Below are positions 46,901-61,544 of a stretch of 64,000 bases of DNA, piece by piece. The notes below the pieces were generated by a model. That model did no database searches. It saw nothing but the letters and a program-made list of their open reading frames with translations, and was not told the DNA's origin. Made by a program: the position numbers and the translations under genes. This stretch comes from the human T2T-CHM13v2.0 reference genome, Homo sapiens. The stretch lies in the NCBI RefSeq assembly GCF_009914755.1, contig NC_060934.1; one strand, given 5' to 3'. Numbering within the stretch: the stretch's first letter is position 1; each line of letters opens with the position of its first letter.

Positions 46901-49900
46901 TGAGAAACAGCCTTGTGGTGTGCACATTCAGCTCACAGACTTAAAGCTTTCTTTTGATTCAACAGTATGGAAAATCTGTTTTTGTCCATTCAGCGAATGG
47001 ACATTTGGAAGATCATTGAGGCCAATGGCCAAAAGGGAATATCCCAGGATTACCACTAGAACGCAGCTATCTGAGAAAACCCTTTGTGATGTGAGTACTC
47101 ATTTCACAGAGTTAAACTTTTCTTTTCATTCAGCAGTTACAAATCACTGTTTTGTAGAATCTGCAAAGGCATATTTCAGAGAGTATTGAGGCATATGGTG
47201 AAATAGGAAACATCTTCAGATAAAAACGAGAAACGAGCTTTCTGAGAACCTTCCTTGTGATGTGTGCATCATCTCACAGAGTTAAACTTTTCTTTGGATT
47301 CAGCAGTTTTGCAACACTGTTTTTTTCCCCTCAGCAAAAGGACATTCGGGGGCTTATTGAGGCAAATGGTGAAAACAGGATTAACCCAGAATAAAAACTA
47401 GAAAGCAGCTATCTTAGAAATAGCCTTGTGATGTGCACATTCAGCTTACAGAGTTAAAACTTTCTTTTCATTCAGCAGTTTGAAAACACCGTCTTTGTAG
47501 AATCTGCAAAGGGATACTTTGGAGAGCATTGAGGACTATGGTGAAAAAGGAAACATCTTCAGTTATAAGCTAGAAAGAACATTTCTGAGAAACTGCCTTG
47601 TGATGTGTGCATTCATTATACAGAGTTAAAGCTTTCTTTGGACTCAGCAGTTTGGAAAATCTGTTTTTGTCCATTCTGTGAATGGACATTTGGGAGCTCA
47701 TTGAGGCCAAGACAGAAAAGATGATATCCCAGGATTAAAACTAGAAGGCAGCTATCTGAGAAACAGCTTTGTGATGTGAGAATTCTTTTCGCAGAGTTAA
47801 ACCTTTCCTTTCATTGAGCAGTTAGAAGTCACTGTTTTTGTAGAATCATCAAAGGGTTATTTTGGAGAATACTGAGGCCTAAGTTGAAATAGGAAACATC
47901 TTCAGATAAAACTGAGAAAGAAACTTTCTGAGAAAGTGCTTAGTGATATGTGCATTCATCTGACAGAGTTAAACTTTTCTTTGGATTCAGCAGCTTTGAA
48001 ACACGGTAATTGTCAACTCAGTGAATGGATATTTGGGGGCACTTGGAGACCAACTGTGAAAATGGGAATATCCCAGGATAAAAACTAGAAGGAAGATATC
48101 TGAGAAACAGCTCTGTGATACGTAAATTCATCTCACAGAGTTAAATCATTTTTTTCCTTCATCAGTTTGGAAACACCGTTTCTGTAGAATCTGCAAAGGG
48201 ATATTTCTTAGAGCATTGAGGCCTATGGTAAAAATAGGAAACATCTTCAGAGAAAATCTAGAAAGAAGCTTTCTGAGAAACTTCTTTTTGATGCATGCAT
48301 TCAGCTCACATACATAAAGATTTCTTTGGGTACAGTAGTTTTGAAACATAGTTTTTGTCCATTCTGCGAATGGACATTTTGCAGCTCCATGGGGCCAATG
48401 GGGAAAAAGCAAATATCTCTGAATAAAAACTAGAAAGTATCTATCTGAGAAACCTCTTTGTGATGTGAGCATTCATCTCACAGTGTGTAAACATTGTTTT
48501 CATTCAGCTGTTTGGAAGGAGTGCTTTTGTAGAATCTGCAAAGGGATATTTTGGAGAGCATTGAGGCCTACAGTGAAAAAGGAACCATCTTCAGTTAAAA
48601 ACTAGAAAGAAGCTTTCTGAGAATCTGCCTTGTGTTGTGTCCATTTGTCTCACACAGTTAAATCTTTCTTTGGATTCAGCAGTGTGGGAAATCTGTTTTT
48701 GTCCCTTATGCGAATGGACATTTTGGAGCTCATTGAGGCCTATGGCAAAAAAGGGGATGTCCCAGGATTAAAACTAGAAGGCAGCTATCTGAGAAACCAC
48801 TTTGTGATGTGGGCATGCATTTCAGAGCTAAACCTTTCTTTTCATTCAGCACTTAGAAATCACTGGTTTTGTAGAATCTGCAAAGGGATATTTCGCAGAG
48901 TATTCAGACCTATGGTGAAAGAGGAAACATCTTCAGATTAAAATGAGAAACAAGCATTCCGAGACACTGCTTTGTGATGTGTGCATTCATCTCACAGAGA
49001 TAAAGTTTTAATTGGATTTACTAGTTTGGAAAAAGAGTTTTTGTCCATTCTGCGAATGGAGATTTCGGAGCTCTTTGGGGCCGAAGATGATAAAGCAAAT
49101 ATCACTGAAGAAAAGCCAGAAAGAATATATCTGATAAACCAATTTGTGATGTGAGCATTCATTTCACAGTTAAGCCATGGTTTTCACTCAGCTGTTTGGA
49201 AGCAGGGTTTTTGTAGAATCTGCAAACGGATATTTTGGGGAGCATTCCGGCCTATGGTGAAAAAGGAAACTTCTTCAGTTAAAAACTGGAAAGGAGCTTT
49301 CTGGGAATCTGCCTTGTGATGTGTCCATTCGTCTCACAGAGATAAAACTTTATTTGGAGTCAGCAGTTTGTAAAATCTGTTTTTGTCCATTCTGTGAATG
49401 GAACTTTGGGAGCTCTTGGAGGCCAAAGACAAAAAAGGGGATATCCCAAGATGAAAACTAGAAGGCAGCTATCTGAGAAATGGCTTTGAGATGTGAGCAT
49501 TCATTTCACAGAGTTAAACCTTCTTTTTCATTCAGCAGTTAGAAATCACTGGTTTTGTAGAATCTGCAAAGGTTTATTTTGGAGAGTACTTTGGCCTATG
49601 ATGAAATAAACATCTTCAGACAAAAACGAGAAATATTCTCTCTGAGAAACTGCTTTGTGGTGGGTGCATTCATCTCACAGAGTGAAACCCTTCTTTGGAT
49701 TCAGTAGTTTGGAAACACAGTTTTTGTCTGTTCTGCGAGTGGACATTTCAGAGCTCTTTGGGGCCAATGGTGAAAATGCTAATATCCCTGAAGAAAAACT
49801 AGAAGGAATCTCTCTGAGAAACCACTTTGTGATGTGAGCATTCATTTCACAGTGTTAAACCAGTCTTTTCATTCAGCTGTCTGGAAACAATATTTTCACA

Positions 49901-52900
49901 GAATCTGCAAAGTGATATTTCTGTGTGCATTGAGGTCTATGGTGAAAAAGGAAACATCTTCAGTTAAAAACTAGAAAGAATCTTTCTGGGAAACTGCTTT
50001 GTGATGTGTGCATTCATTTCACAGACTTAAAGCTTTCTTTGAATTTAGTAGTTTGGAAAAAGTGTTTTTGTCCTTTCTGTGAATGGATATTTCGGAGCTC
50101 TTTGGGGCCAATGGTGAAAAAGCAAATACCCCTGAATGAAAACTAGAAGGAATCTCTCTGAGAAACCACTTTGTGATGTGAGCATTCATTTCACAGTTAA
50201 ACCATTCTTTTCATTCAGCTGTTTGGAAGTATTGTTTTTACAAAATCTACCAAGGGATATTACGGAGAGCATTGAGGCCTATGGTGAAAAAGGAAACAAC
50301 TTCAGTGAAAAACTAGAAAGAAGCTTTCTGAGAAAATGCTTTCTGATGTGTGCATTCATCTCACAGATTTAAAGCATTCTTGGATTCAGCTGTTTGGAAA
50401 ATCTGTTTTTCTCCATTCTGCGAATGGACATTTGGGAGCTCATAGAGGCCAATGGCAAAAAAGGGGATATCCCATGATTAAAACTAGAAGGCAGCTATCT
50501 GAGAAACAGCTTTGTGATGTGAACATTTATTTCACAGAGTTAAACCTTTCTTTTCATTCAGTAGTTAGGAAACACTGGTTTTGCAGAAGCTGCAAAGAGT
50601 TATTTTGGAGTGCATTGAGGCCTGTGAAATAGGAAACACCTTCATATAAAAACGAGAAAGAAACTTTCTGAGAAACTGCTTTTTGGTGTGTGCATTCATC
50701 TCAAATAGTTAAACCTTTCTTTGGATTCAGCAATTTTGTCACACTGTTTTTGTCCACTCGGCAAAAGGACATTTGGGTGCTCTTTGAGGCCATTGGAAAA
50801 ACTGGGAATGACCCAGGATGAAAACTAGAAGGCAGCTATCTTAGAAACTCCTTTGTCACGTGTGCATTCATCTCACAGATTTTAGCCTTCCTTTTCATTC
50901 AGCAGTTTGGAAACACTGTTTTCATTGAATCTGGAAAGGGTTAGTTCGGAGAGCAGTGAGGCCTAAGGTGAAATAAGAAACATCTTCAGATTAAAAACTA
51001 GAAGGAAACTTTCTGAGAAACTGATTTGTGATTTGTACATTCATCTCACAGAGATAAACATTTCTTTGGATTCAGCAGCGTTGAAACACAGTGTTTGCCA
51101 ACTCAGCTAATGGACATTTGGGGGCGCTTTGAGACCAACTGTGAGAATGGGAATATCCCAGGATAAAAACCAGAAGGGAGACATCTGAGAAACATCTCCG
51201 TGATATTTTCACTCATCTCACAGAGTTGAATCATTCTTTTCATTCAACAATTAGGAAACTTTTTTTTTGTAGTATGTGCAAAGGGATATTTTGGAGAGCA
51301 TTGAGGCCTATTTCAAAAAAGGAATCACCTTCAGAGCAAATCTAGAAAGAATCTTTCTGAGAAACTGCTTTGTGATGTGTGCATTCATCTCAAAGAGTTA
51401 AAGCATCCTTTGGATTCAGTAGTTTGGAAACACAGTTTTTGTCCATTCTGTGAATGGTCATTTCAGATATCTTTGGGGTCAAAGGCAAAAAAGCAAATAT
51501 CCCAGGATAAAAACTAGAAGGAATACGTCTGAGACACTGCTGTGTCATGTGAGCATTCATTTCACAGAGTTAAAGCATTCTTTTCATTCAGCTGTTTGGA
51601 AGCAGTGTTTTTACATAATCTGCAAAGGGATATTTCGGAGAGCATTTAGGCCTATGGTAAAAAAGGAAACATCTTCAGTTAAAAACTAGAAAGAAGCTGT
51701 CTTAGAAACTCCTTTGTGATGTGTGCATTCAACACAGACTTAAACCTTTCTTTGGATACAGCAGTTGGCAAAATCTGTTTTTGTCCTTTCTGCAAGTGGA
51801 GATTTGGACACTCATTGAGGCCAAAGACAAAAAAAGGGGATATCCCAGGATTAAAACTAGAATGCAGCTATCTGAGAAAGGGCTTTGTGATGTGAGCATT
51901 CATTTCACAGAGTTAAACCTTTGTTTTCATTCAGCAGTTAGAAATCACTGTTTTTGTAGAATCGACAAAGGGTTATTTCAGAGAGTATTTTGGCCTATGG
52001 TGAAATAGGAAACATCTTAAGGTAAAAACGAGAAAGAATCTTTCTGAGAAACTGCTTCATGATGTGTGCATTCATCTTACAGAGTTAAAGCTTTCTTTGG
52101 ATTCAGTAGTTTGGAAACACAGTTTTTGTCCATTCTGCGAATGGACATTTTGAAGCTCTTTGGGGTCAATGGCGAAAAAGAGAATATCCCTGAATAAAAA
52201 CTGGGAGGAATCTACCTGAGAAACCGCTGTGTCATCTGATAATTCATTTCACAGAGTTAAACCATTCTTTCCATTCAGTTGTTTGGAAGCAGTGTTTTTG
52301 TAGAATCTGCAAAGGGCTATTTCAGAGAGCATTGAGGGTTATGGTGAAAAATGAAACATCTTCAGTTAAAAACTAGAAAGAAGCTTTCTGAGAATCTGCC
52401 TTGTGATGTGTCCATTCATATCACAGAGTTAAAACTTTCTTTGGATTCAGCAGTTTGGAAAATGTTTTAGTCCATTCTGTGAATGGACATATGGGAGATC
52501 ATTGAGGCCAATGTAAAAAAAGAGCATGTCCCACTATTAAAATTAGAAGGCAGTTATCTGAGAAACCACTTTGTGATGTGAGCATGCATTTCACAGAGTT
52601 AAATCTTTCTTTTCATTCACCACTAAGAAATCTCTGTTTATGTAGAATCTGCAAAAGTTTCTTTCGGAGAGTATTGAGGGCAATGGTGAAATAGGAAATA
52701 TCTTCAGATAAAAATATGGAGGAAGGTTTCTGAGAAACTGCTTTATGCTGTGTGTATTCATCTCATATAGTTAAACCATTCTTTGGATTCAGCAGTTTTG
52801 CAACACTGTTTTATTCCACTCAGCAAAAGAACAATTTGGGGCTCTTTGAGGCCAAAGGCAAAAATGGGAATAACCCAGGATAAGAACTACTAGGCAGCTA

Positions 52901-55900
52901 TCTTAGCAACCGCTTTGTGATGTGTGCATTCATCTCAGAGAGTTAAACTTTCCTTTCCACTAAGCAGTTTGGAACAACTGTTTTCCTGGAATCTGCAAAG
53001 TGATGCTTCAGAGAGCTTTGAGGCCTATGGTGAAATAGGAAAATTTTTCAGATGAAAACTAGAAGGAAGCTTTCTGAGAAACTGATTTGTGATTTGTGCA
53101 TTCATCTCACAGATGTAAACGTTTCTTTGGATTCAGCAGCTTTGAAACACAGTGTTTGTCAACTCAGCAAATGGACATTTGGGGGCACTTTGAGACCCAC
53201 TGTGAAATAAGAATATCCCAAGATTAAAAACTAGAAGGAACATATCTGAGGAACTGCTTTGTGATATGTTCATTCATCTCACATAGTTAAATCATTCTTT
53301 TCATTCAGCAAGCTGGAAGCAGTGTTTTTGTAGAACCTGCAAAGGGATATTTCAGAGAGCATTGAGGCCTGTGGTAAAAAAGGAAATATTTTCAGAGGAA
53401 AACTAGAAAGAAGCTTTCTGAGAAATTGCTTTGTGATGTTTGCATTCCTCCCACAGTGTTAAAGCATTCTTTGGATTCAGTAGTTTGGAAGCACAGTTTT
53501 TTTCCATTCTGCAAATGGACATTTCAGAGCTTTTTGGGGCCAGTGGCGAAAAAGCAAATATCCCTGAATAAAAACTAGAAGGAATCTATCTGAGAAACCA
53601 CTGGGTCATGTGAGCATTCATTTCACAGAGTCCCACAATTCTTTTCATTCAGCTGTTTCGAAGCAGTGTTTTTACAGAATCTGCAAAGGGATATTTCAGA
53701 GAGTACTGAGGGTTATGGTGAAAAACAAACATCTTCAGTTAAAAACTAGAAAGAAGCTCTCTGAGAATCTGCCTTGTGATGTATCCATTCATCTCACAGA
53801 GTTAAATATTTCTTTGGATTCAGAACTTTGGAAAATTTGTTTTTGTCCATTCTGTGAATGGACATTCAGGAACTCATTGAGGCCAATGGCAGAAAAAAGG
53901 ATAGCCCAGGTTTAAAACTAGAAGGCAGCTATATGAGAAACTGCTTTGTGATGTGACCATGTACTTCACAGATTTAAACTTTTCGTTTCATTCAACAGTT
54001 AGAAATCACTGGTTTTGTAGAATCTGCAAAGGCTTATTTCCAAGAGTATTGTGGTCTATGGTGAAACAGGGAACACCTTCAGGAAATAGTGATAAAGAAG
54101 CTTTCTGAGAAATTGCTTTGAGAGGTGTGCATTCATCTCACAGAGTTAAAGCTTTCTTTAGATTCACTAGTTTGGAAACAGAGTTTTTGTTCTTTCTGGG
54201 AATGGATCTTTCGGAGCTCTTTGTGGCCAATGGCTAAAGAGAAAATATCCCTGAAAATCAACTAGAAGGAATCTATCTGAGAAATTGCTGTGTCATGTGG
54301 GAATTCATTTCAGAGTTTAAGCATTCTTTTCATTCAGCTGCTATGAAGCAATGCTTTTGTAGAATCTGCAAACAGATATTTCAGAGAGCATTGAGGTCAA
54401 TGGTGAAAAGAAAACAACTGTTAAAAACTGGAAAGAAGGTTTCTGAGAATCTGCCTTGTGATGTGTCCTTTCATCACACAGAGTTAAAACTCTCCTTGTA
54501 TTCAGCAGTTTGGAAAATCTGTTTTTTTTCCATTCTGTGAATGGACATTTGGGAGCTGATTGAGGCCAGTGACAAAAAAGGGGATATCCCAGGATTACAG
54601 CTAGAAGGCAGCTATCACAGAAACCGCGTTGTGATGTGAGCATGCGTGTCACAGATTTAAACCTTACTTTTCATTCAGCAGTTAGAAATCACGTTTTCGT
54701 AGAATCTGCAAAGGCTTATTTCAGAGAGTATTGAGGCCTATGTTGAAATAGGAAACATCTTCAGATTAAAACGAGAAAGAAGCTTTCTGAGAAACAGCTT
54801 TGTGATGCATGCATTCATCTCAGAGTATTCAAGCTTTCTTTGGATTCAGTAGTTTGGAAAAAGAGTTTTTGTCCATCCTGAAAATGGACATTTCGGAGCT
54901 CTTTGGGGCCAATGGCGAAAAATAAAATATCCCGAATAGAAAATAGAAGGAGTCTATCTGAGAAACTGTTGTGTCAATTCACAGAGTCAAACCAACATTT
55001 TCATTCAGCTCTTTAGAAGCAGTGTTTTTACATAATCTGCAAAGGGATATTTTGGAGAGCATTGAGGCCAATGGTGAAAAGGAATCATCTTCTTTTAAAA
55101 ACTGGAAAAAACCTTTCTGAGAATCTCCTTTGTGATGTGACCCTTAATCTCACAGAGTTAAAACTTTCCTTGTATTCAGCAGTTTGGAAAATCTGTTTTT
55201 GTCCTTTCTGAAAATGGACATTTGGGAGCTCATTGAGGCCAGTGGCAAAAAAAGGGATGTCACAGGATTACAGCCAGAAGGCAGGTATCTGAGAAACCAC
55301 TTTACAATGTGAGCATATATTTCACAGAGTTAAACCTTTCTTTTCATTCAGCAGTTAGAAATCAGTGCCTTTGTAGAATCTGCAATGGCTTACATCGGAG
55401 ATTATTGATGCCTATGGTGAAATAGGAAACAACTTCACATGAAAATGTGAAAGAAGCTTTCTGACAAACTGCTTTGTGATGTGTGCTTTCATCTCACAGA
55501 CTTCAAGCTTTCTTTGAATTCAGTAGTTTGGAAACACGGTTTTTTCCATTCTGCGAATGGACGTTTCAGAGCTCTTTGGGGCTAATAGTGAAAAAGCAAA
55601 TACCCCTGAATAAAAACCAGAAGGAACAGATCTGAGAAACTGCTTTGTGATGTGAGCATTCATTTCACAAAGTTAAACCATTCTTTTCATTCAGCTCTTT
55701 GGAAGCAGCACTTTTACAATACCTGCAAAGTGATATTTAGTAGAGCATTGAGTCCTGTGGTGAAAAAGGAAACATTTTCCGTTAAAAACGAGAAAGAAGC
55801 TTTCTGAGAAACTGCCTTTTGATGTGTCCATTCATCTCACAGACTTCAAGCTTTTTTTGGATTCAGTAGTTTGGAAGCAGTGTTTTTGTCCTTTCTGCGA

Positions 55901-58900
55901 ATGGACGTTTTGGAGCTCTTTCTGGCCAAAGGCCAAAAAGCAAATTTCCCTGAATAAAAACTGGAAGGAATCTATCTGAGAAACTGTTTTGTGAAGTGAG
56001 CATTCATTTCACAGAGTTAAACCATTCTTTCCATTCAGCTGTTTGGAAGGAGTGTTTTTACAGTATCTGTAAAGGGATATTTCAGAGAGCATTGTGGTCT
56101 ATGGTGAAAAAGGAAATATCTTCAGTTGAAAACTAGAAAGAAGCTTCCCAAGAAACTGCTTTGTGGTGTCTTCATTCATCTCCCAGATGTAAAGCTTTCT
56201 TTGGATTCAGCTGTTTGGAAAATCTGTTTTTGTCCATTCTGCTAATGGACATTTTGGAGTTCTTTGAGACCAGTGGCAAAAAAGGGTATATCTCAGAATT
56301 AAAATTAGAAGCAGGAATGTGAGAAACGGCTTTGTGATGTGAGCATTCATTTCACAGAGTTAAACCTTCCTTTTCATTCAGCAGTTAGAAAACACTGGTT
56401 TTGTAGAATGCGCAAAGGGTTGTTTCGGAGAGTATTTTTGTGTATGGTGAAATAGGAAACATCTTCTGATAAAAATGAGAAAGAAACTTTCTGTGAAACT
56501 GCTTTGTGATGTGGGTATTCAACTCGCAGGGTTAAAGCTTTCTTTGGCATCAGTAGTTTGGAAACAGAGTTTTTGTCCATTTTTTGAATGGATAATTCAG
56601 AGCTCTTTGTGGCCAATGGCAAAAAAGAGAAGATCCTTGAATAAAAACTAGATGGGATCTATCTGAGAAACAGCTGTGTGATGTGAGCATTCATTTCACA
56701 GAGTTATATCATTCTTTTCATTCAGCTGTTTGGAAGCAGTCTTTTTGTAGAAACTACAAAGGGATAATTTGGAGAGCATTGAGGTCTATGGTGAAAAAGA
56801 ATCTTCTTCTGTTAAAAACTGGAAGGAAGATTTCTGAGAATCTGCCTTGTGATGTGTCCATTCATCTCACAGAGTTAAACCTTTCCTTGTATTCAACAGT
56901 TTGGAAAATCTGTTTTTGTGCATTCTGCAAATGGACATCTGGGAGCTCATTGAGGCCAGTGGCAAAAAGGGGATAACCCAGGATTACAGATAGAAGGCAG
57001 CTATCTGAGAAACTGCTTTGTGATGTTAGCATGCATTTCACAGAGTTAAATCTTTCTTTTCACTCAGCAGTTAGAAATCAATGTTTTTATAGAATCTGCA
57101 AAGGCTTATTTCAGAGAGTACCGAGGGCTACGGTGAAATAGGAAACATCTTCAGATAAAAATGACAAAGAAGCTTTCTGAGAAACTGCTCTGTGATGTGT
57201 TCATTCATCTCACAAAGTTAAAGCTACTTTTTTATTCAGTAGTTTGGAAATGGAGTTTTTGTCCATTCTGGGAATGGACAGTTGGGAGCTCTTTGGGGCC
57301 AATGGCGAAAAAGAGAATATCCTTGAATAAAAACTAGAAGGAATCTATCTGAGAAACCGCTGTGTCATGTGAACATTCATTTCAAAGAGTTAAACCATTC
57401 TTTTCATTCAGCTCTTTAGAAGCAGTGTTTTTGTAGAATCTGCAAAGGGACATTTCAGAGAGCATTGAGGAATACGGTGAAAGGGAAACATCTTCTACTA
57501 AAAACTGGAAAAAAGCTTTCTGAGAATCTGTCTTGAGATGCGTCCATTCATCTCATAGCATTAAACCTTTCCTTGTATTTAGCAGTTTGGAAAATCTGAT
57601 TTGTCCATTCTGCGAATGGACATTTGGGAACTCATTGAGGCCAGGAGCAGAAAAGGGGATATCTCAGAATTAAAACTAGATGTGATGATGTGAGAATCGG
57701 TTTTGCAATGTGAGCATTCATTTCTCAGAGTTAAACCTTTCTTTTCATTCAGCAGTTAGAAATCACTGGTTTTACAAGATCTGCAAAGGGTTATTTCGGA
57801 GAGTATTGTAGCCTATGGTGAAATAGGAAACACCTTCAGATAAAAAGGATAAAGAAGTTTTCTGAGAAACTGCTTTGTGATGTGTGCATTCATCTCACAG
57901 TTAAAGTTCCTTTGGATTCAGTAGTTTGGGAATAGAGTTTTTGTCCATTCTGGGAATGGATGTTTCAGAGCTCTTTGGGGCCAATGGCAAAAATGGGAAT
58001 ATCCCTGAAAAAAAACAAGAAGGAATCTATGTGAGAAACTGCTGTGCCATGTGAGCATTCATTTCACAGTGATAAACCATTCTTTTCATTCAGCTGTTTG
58101 GAAGCAGTGTTTTTGTAGTATCGGCAAAAGTATATTTCAGAGAGCATTGAGGCCTATGGTGAAATGGAAGCTTATTCTGTTAAAAACTGGAGAGAAGCTT
58201 TCTGAGAATCTGACTAGTGATGTGTCCATTCATCTCACAGAGTTAAACCTTTCCTTGTATTCAGCAGTTTGGAAAATCTGTTTTTGTCCATTCACAGAAT
58301 GGACGTTTGGGAGCTCATTGAGGCCAGTGGCAAAAAAGGGGATATCCCAGGATTACAGCTAGAATGCAGATATCTGAGAAATTGCATTGTGATGTGAGCA
58401 TACATTTCCCAGAGTTAAACATTTCTTTTCACTCAGCTGTTGGAAATCACTTTTTTTGTGGAATCTGCAAAGTCTTATTTTGTAGATTATTGAGGCCTAT
58501 GGTGAAATAGGAAACATCGTCAGATAAAAACGAGATAGACGCTTTCTGAGAAACTGCTTTGTGATGTGCACATTCATCTCACAGAATTCAAGCTTCCTTT
58601 GGATTCAGTAGTTTGGAAACACAGTTTTTGTCCTTCCTGTGAATTGAAGTTTTGTAGCTCTTTGGTGGCAATGGCAAAAAAGTGAATATCCATGAATAAA
58701 AACTAGAAGGAACAGATCTGAGAAACCACTTTGTGATGTGAGAATTTATTTCACAAAGTTAAACCACTCTTTTCACTCAGCTGTTTGGAAGCAGTGTTTT
58801 TACAGAATCTGTAAAGGGATATTTGGGAGAACATTAAGGCCTGGGGTGAAAAAGCATCATCTTCAGTTAAAAACGAGAAAGAAGCTTTTTGAGAAATAGC

Positions 58901-61544
58901 TTTGTGTTTTGTGCATTCATCTCACAGACTTCAAGCTTTTTTTGGATTCAGTAGTTAGGAAAAAGAGTGTTTGTCCATTTTGTGAATGGACATTTTGGTG
59001 CTGTTTCGGGCCAAAGGCCAAAAATTGAATATCCCTGAATAAAAACTAGAAGGAATCTATCTGAGAAACCACTTTGTGATGGGAGCATTCATTTTACAGT
59101 GTTAAACCATTCTTTTCATTCAGCTGTTCAGAAGTCGTGTTTTTACAGAATCTGCAAAGGGATATTTGGGAGAGCATTGAGGCCTGTGGTGAAAAAGCAA
59201 CATCTTCAGCTAAAAATGAGAAAGAAGCTTTCTGAGAAACAGCTTTGTGTTGTGTGCATTCACCTCACAGACTTCAAGCATTTTTTGGATTCAGTAGTTT
59301 GGAAGCGGAGTGTTTGTCCATTTTGTGAATGGACATTTCGGTGCTGTTTCTGGCCAAAGGCCAAAAATCGAACATCCCTGATTAAAAACTAGAAGGAATC
59401 TATCTGAGAAACTGCTTTGTGATGGGAGCATTCACTTCACAGTATTAAACCATTCTTTTCATTCAGCTGTTTGGAAGCAGTGTCTTTACAAAATCTGCAA
59501 AGGGATATTTCTGAGAGCTTTGAGTACTATGGTGGGAAGGAAACAAACTTCTGTTAAAAGATGGAAAGAAGCTTTCTGAGAATCTGCCTTGTCATGTGTC
59601 CATTCATCTCACAGAGTTAAAACTTTCTTGTATTCGGCAGTTTAGAAAATCTCTTTTTCTCCATTCTATGAATGGACATTTGGGAGCTCATTGACGCAAA
59701 TGGAAAAAAAGGGGATATCCCAGGATTACAGCTAGAAGGCAGCTATCTGAGAAACAGCTTTGAGATGTGATCATGCATTTCACAGAATTAAAATATTCTT
59801 TTCATTCACCTCTTTAGAAGCAGTGTTTTTGTAGAATCTGCAAAGTGATATGTCAGAGAACATTGAGGCTTATGATGAAAAGGAAACATCTTCTAATAAA
59901 AACTGGAGAGAAGCTTCATGAGAATCTGCTTTGTGATGTGTCCATTCATCTCACAGAGTTAAACCTTTCCTTGTATTCAGCAGCTTGGAAAATCTGTTTT
60001 TTAACATTCTGTGTATGGACATTTGGGAGCTCATTGAGGCCAGTGGCAAAAAAGGGAATATCTCAGGATTAAAACTAAAAGACAGGTATGTGAGAATCAG
60101 CTTTGCGATGTGAGCATGCATTTCATATAGTTAAACCTTTCTTTTCATTCAGCAGTTAGAAATTACTGGTTTTGTAGAATCTGCAAAAGGTTTTCTCAGA
60201 GAGTATTGTGGCCTATGGTGAAATAGGAAATATCTTCAGATAAAAACGAGAAAGAAGCTTTCTGAGAAAGTGCTTTGTGATGTGGGCATTCATCTCACAG
60301 AGTTAAAGCGTCCTTTGGATTCAGTAGTTTGGAGGCAGAGTTTTTGTCCATTCTGCAGATAGACATTTCAGAGCTCCTTGGGGCCAAATGCCAAAAAGTG
60401 AATATCCCTGAATAAAAACTATAAGGAATCTATCTGAGAAACAGCTTTGTGATGTGAGCATTCACTTCACAGAATTAACCCATTCTTTTCTTTCAGCTGT
60501 TTGGAAGCAGTGTTTTTACAGAATCTGCAAAGGGATATTTCAGTGAGCATTGAGGTCAATGGTGAAAAAGGAAACATCTTCAGTTAAAAACTAGAAAGAA
60601 GCTTTCTGGGAAACTGCTTTGTGACGTGTGCATTCATCTCACAAAGGCAAAGCTTTCTTTGGATTCAGTAGATTGGAAGCAGAGTTTTTATCATTCTGTG
60701 AATGGACATATTGGAGCTCTTTGGGGCCAATGGCAAAAAAGTGAATGTCCCTGAATAAAAACTAGAAGGAATCTATCTGAAAAACTGCTGTGTCATGTAA
60801 GTGTTCATTTCACAGAGGTAAACCATTATTTTCATTCATCTCTTTAGAAGCGGTGTTTTTGTAGAATCTGCAGAGTGATACTTCAGATAGCATTGAGGCA
60901 TATGGTGAAAAGGAATCGTCTTCTAATAAAAACTGGAAAGAAGCTTTCTGAGAATCTGCCTTGTGATGTGTCCATTCATCTCACAGAGGTAAAATTTTCC
61001 TTGTGTTCAGCAGTTTGGAAAATATGAGTTTTACCGTTCTGTGAATGGACATTTTTGGGAGCTCATTGAGGCTGGTGGCAGAAAAGGGGATACCTCAGGA
61101 TTAAAAGTAAAATGTATGTAAGAATCAGCTTTGTGATATGTGCATGCATTTCACAGAGTTAAACCTTTCTTTTCATTCAGCAGTTAGAAATCAATGATTT
61201 TGTAGAATCTGCAAAGGGTTATTTCAGAGAGTATTGTGACCTATGGTGAAGTAAGAAATATCTTCAGATAAAAACGAGAAATAAGCTTTCTGAGAAAGTG
61301 TTTTGTGACTTGGGCATTCATCTCACAGAGTTAAAGCTTCCTTTGGATTCAGTATTTTGGAGGAAGAGTTTTTGTCCATTCTGCGAATGGACATTTCGGA
61401 GCTCTTTGTGGTCAAATGCCAAAAAGGGAATATCCCTGAATAAAAACTAGAAGGAACCTATCTGAGAAACTGCTTTGTGATTGAGCATTCATTTCACAGT
61501 GTCAAACCATTCTTTTCATTCAGCTGTTTGGAAGCAGCGTTTTT
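40917..61544 (+). repeat. Alpha satellite, consensus orientation; relic multimeric structure from ~45.5 kb
   Basis: Starts TTTCTGAGAAACTGCTT; ~171/343-bp periodicity. Confidence 0.97.
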
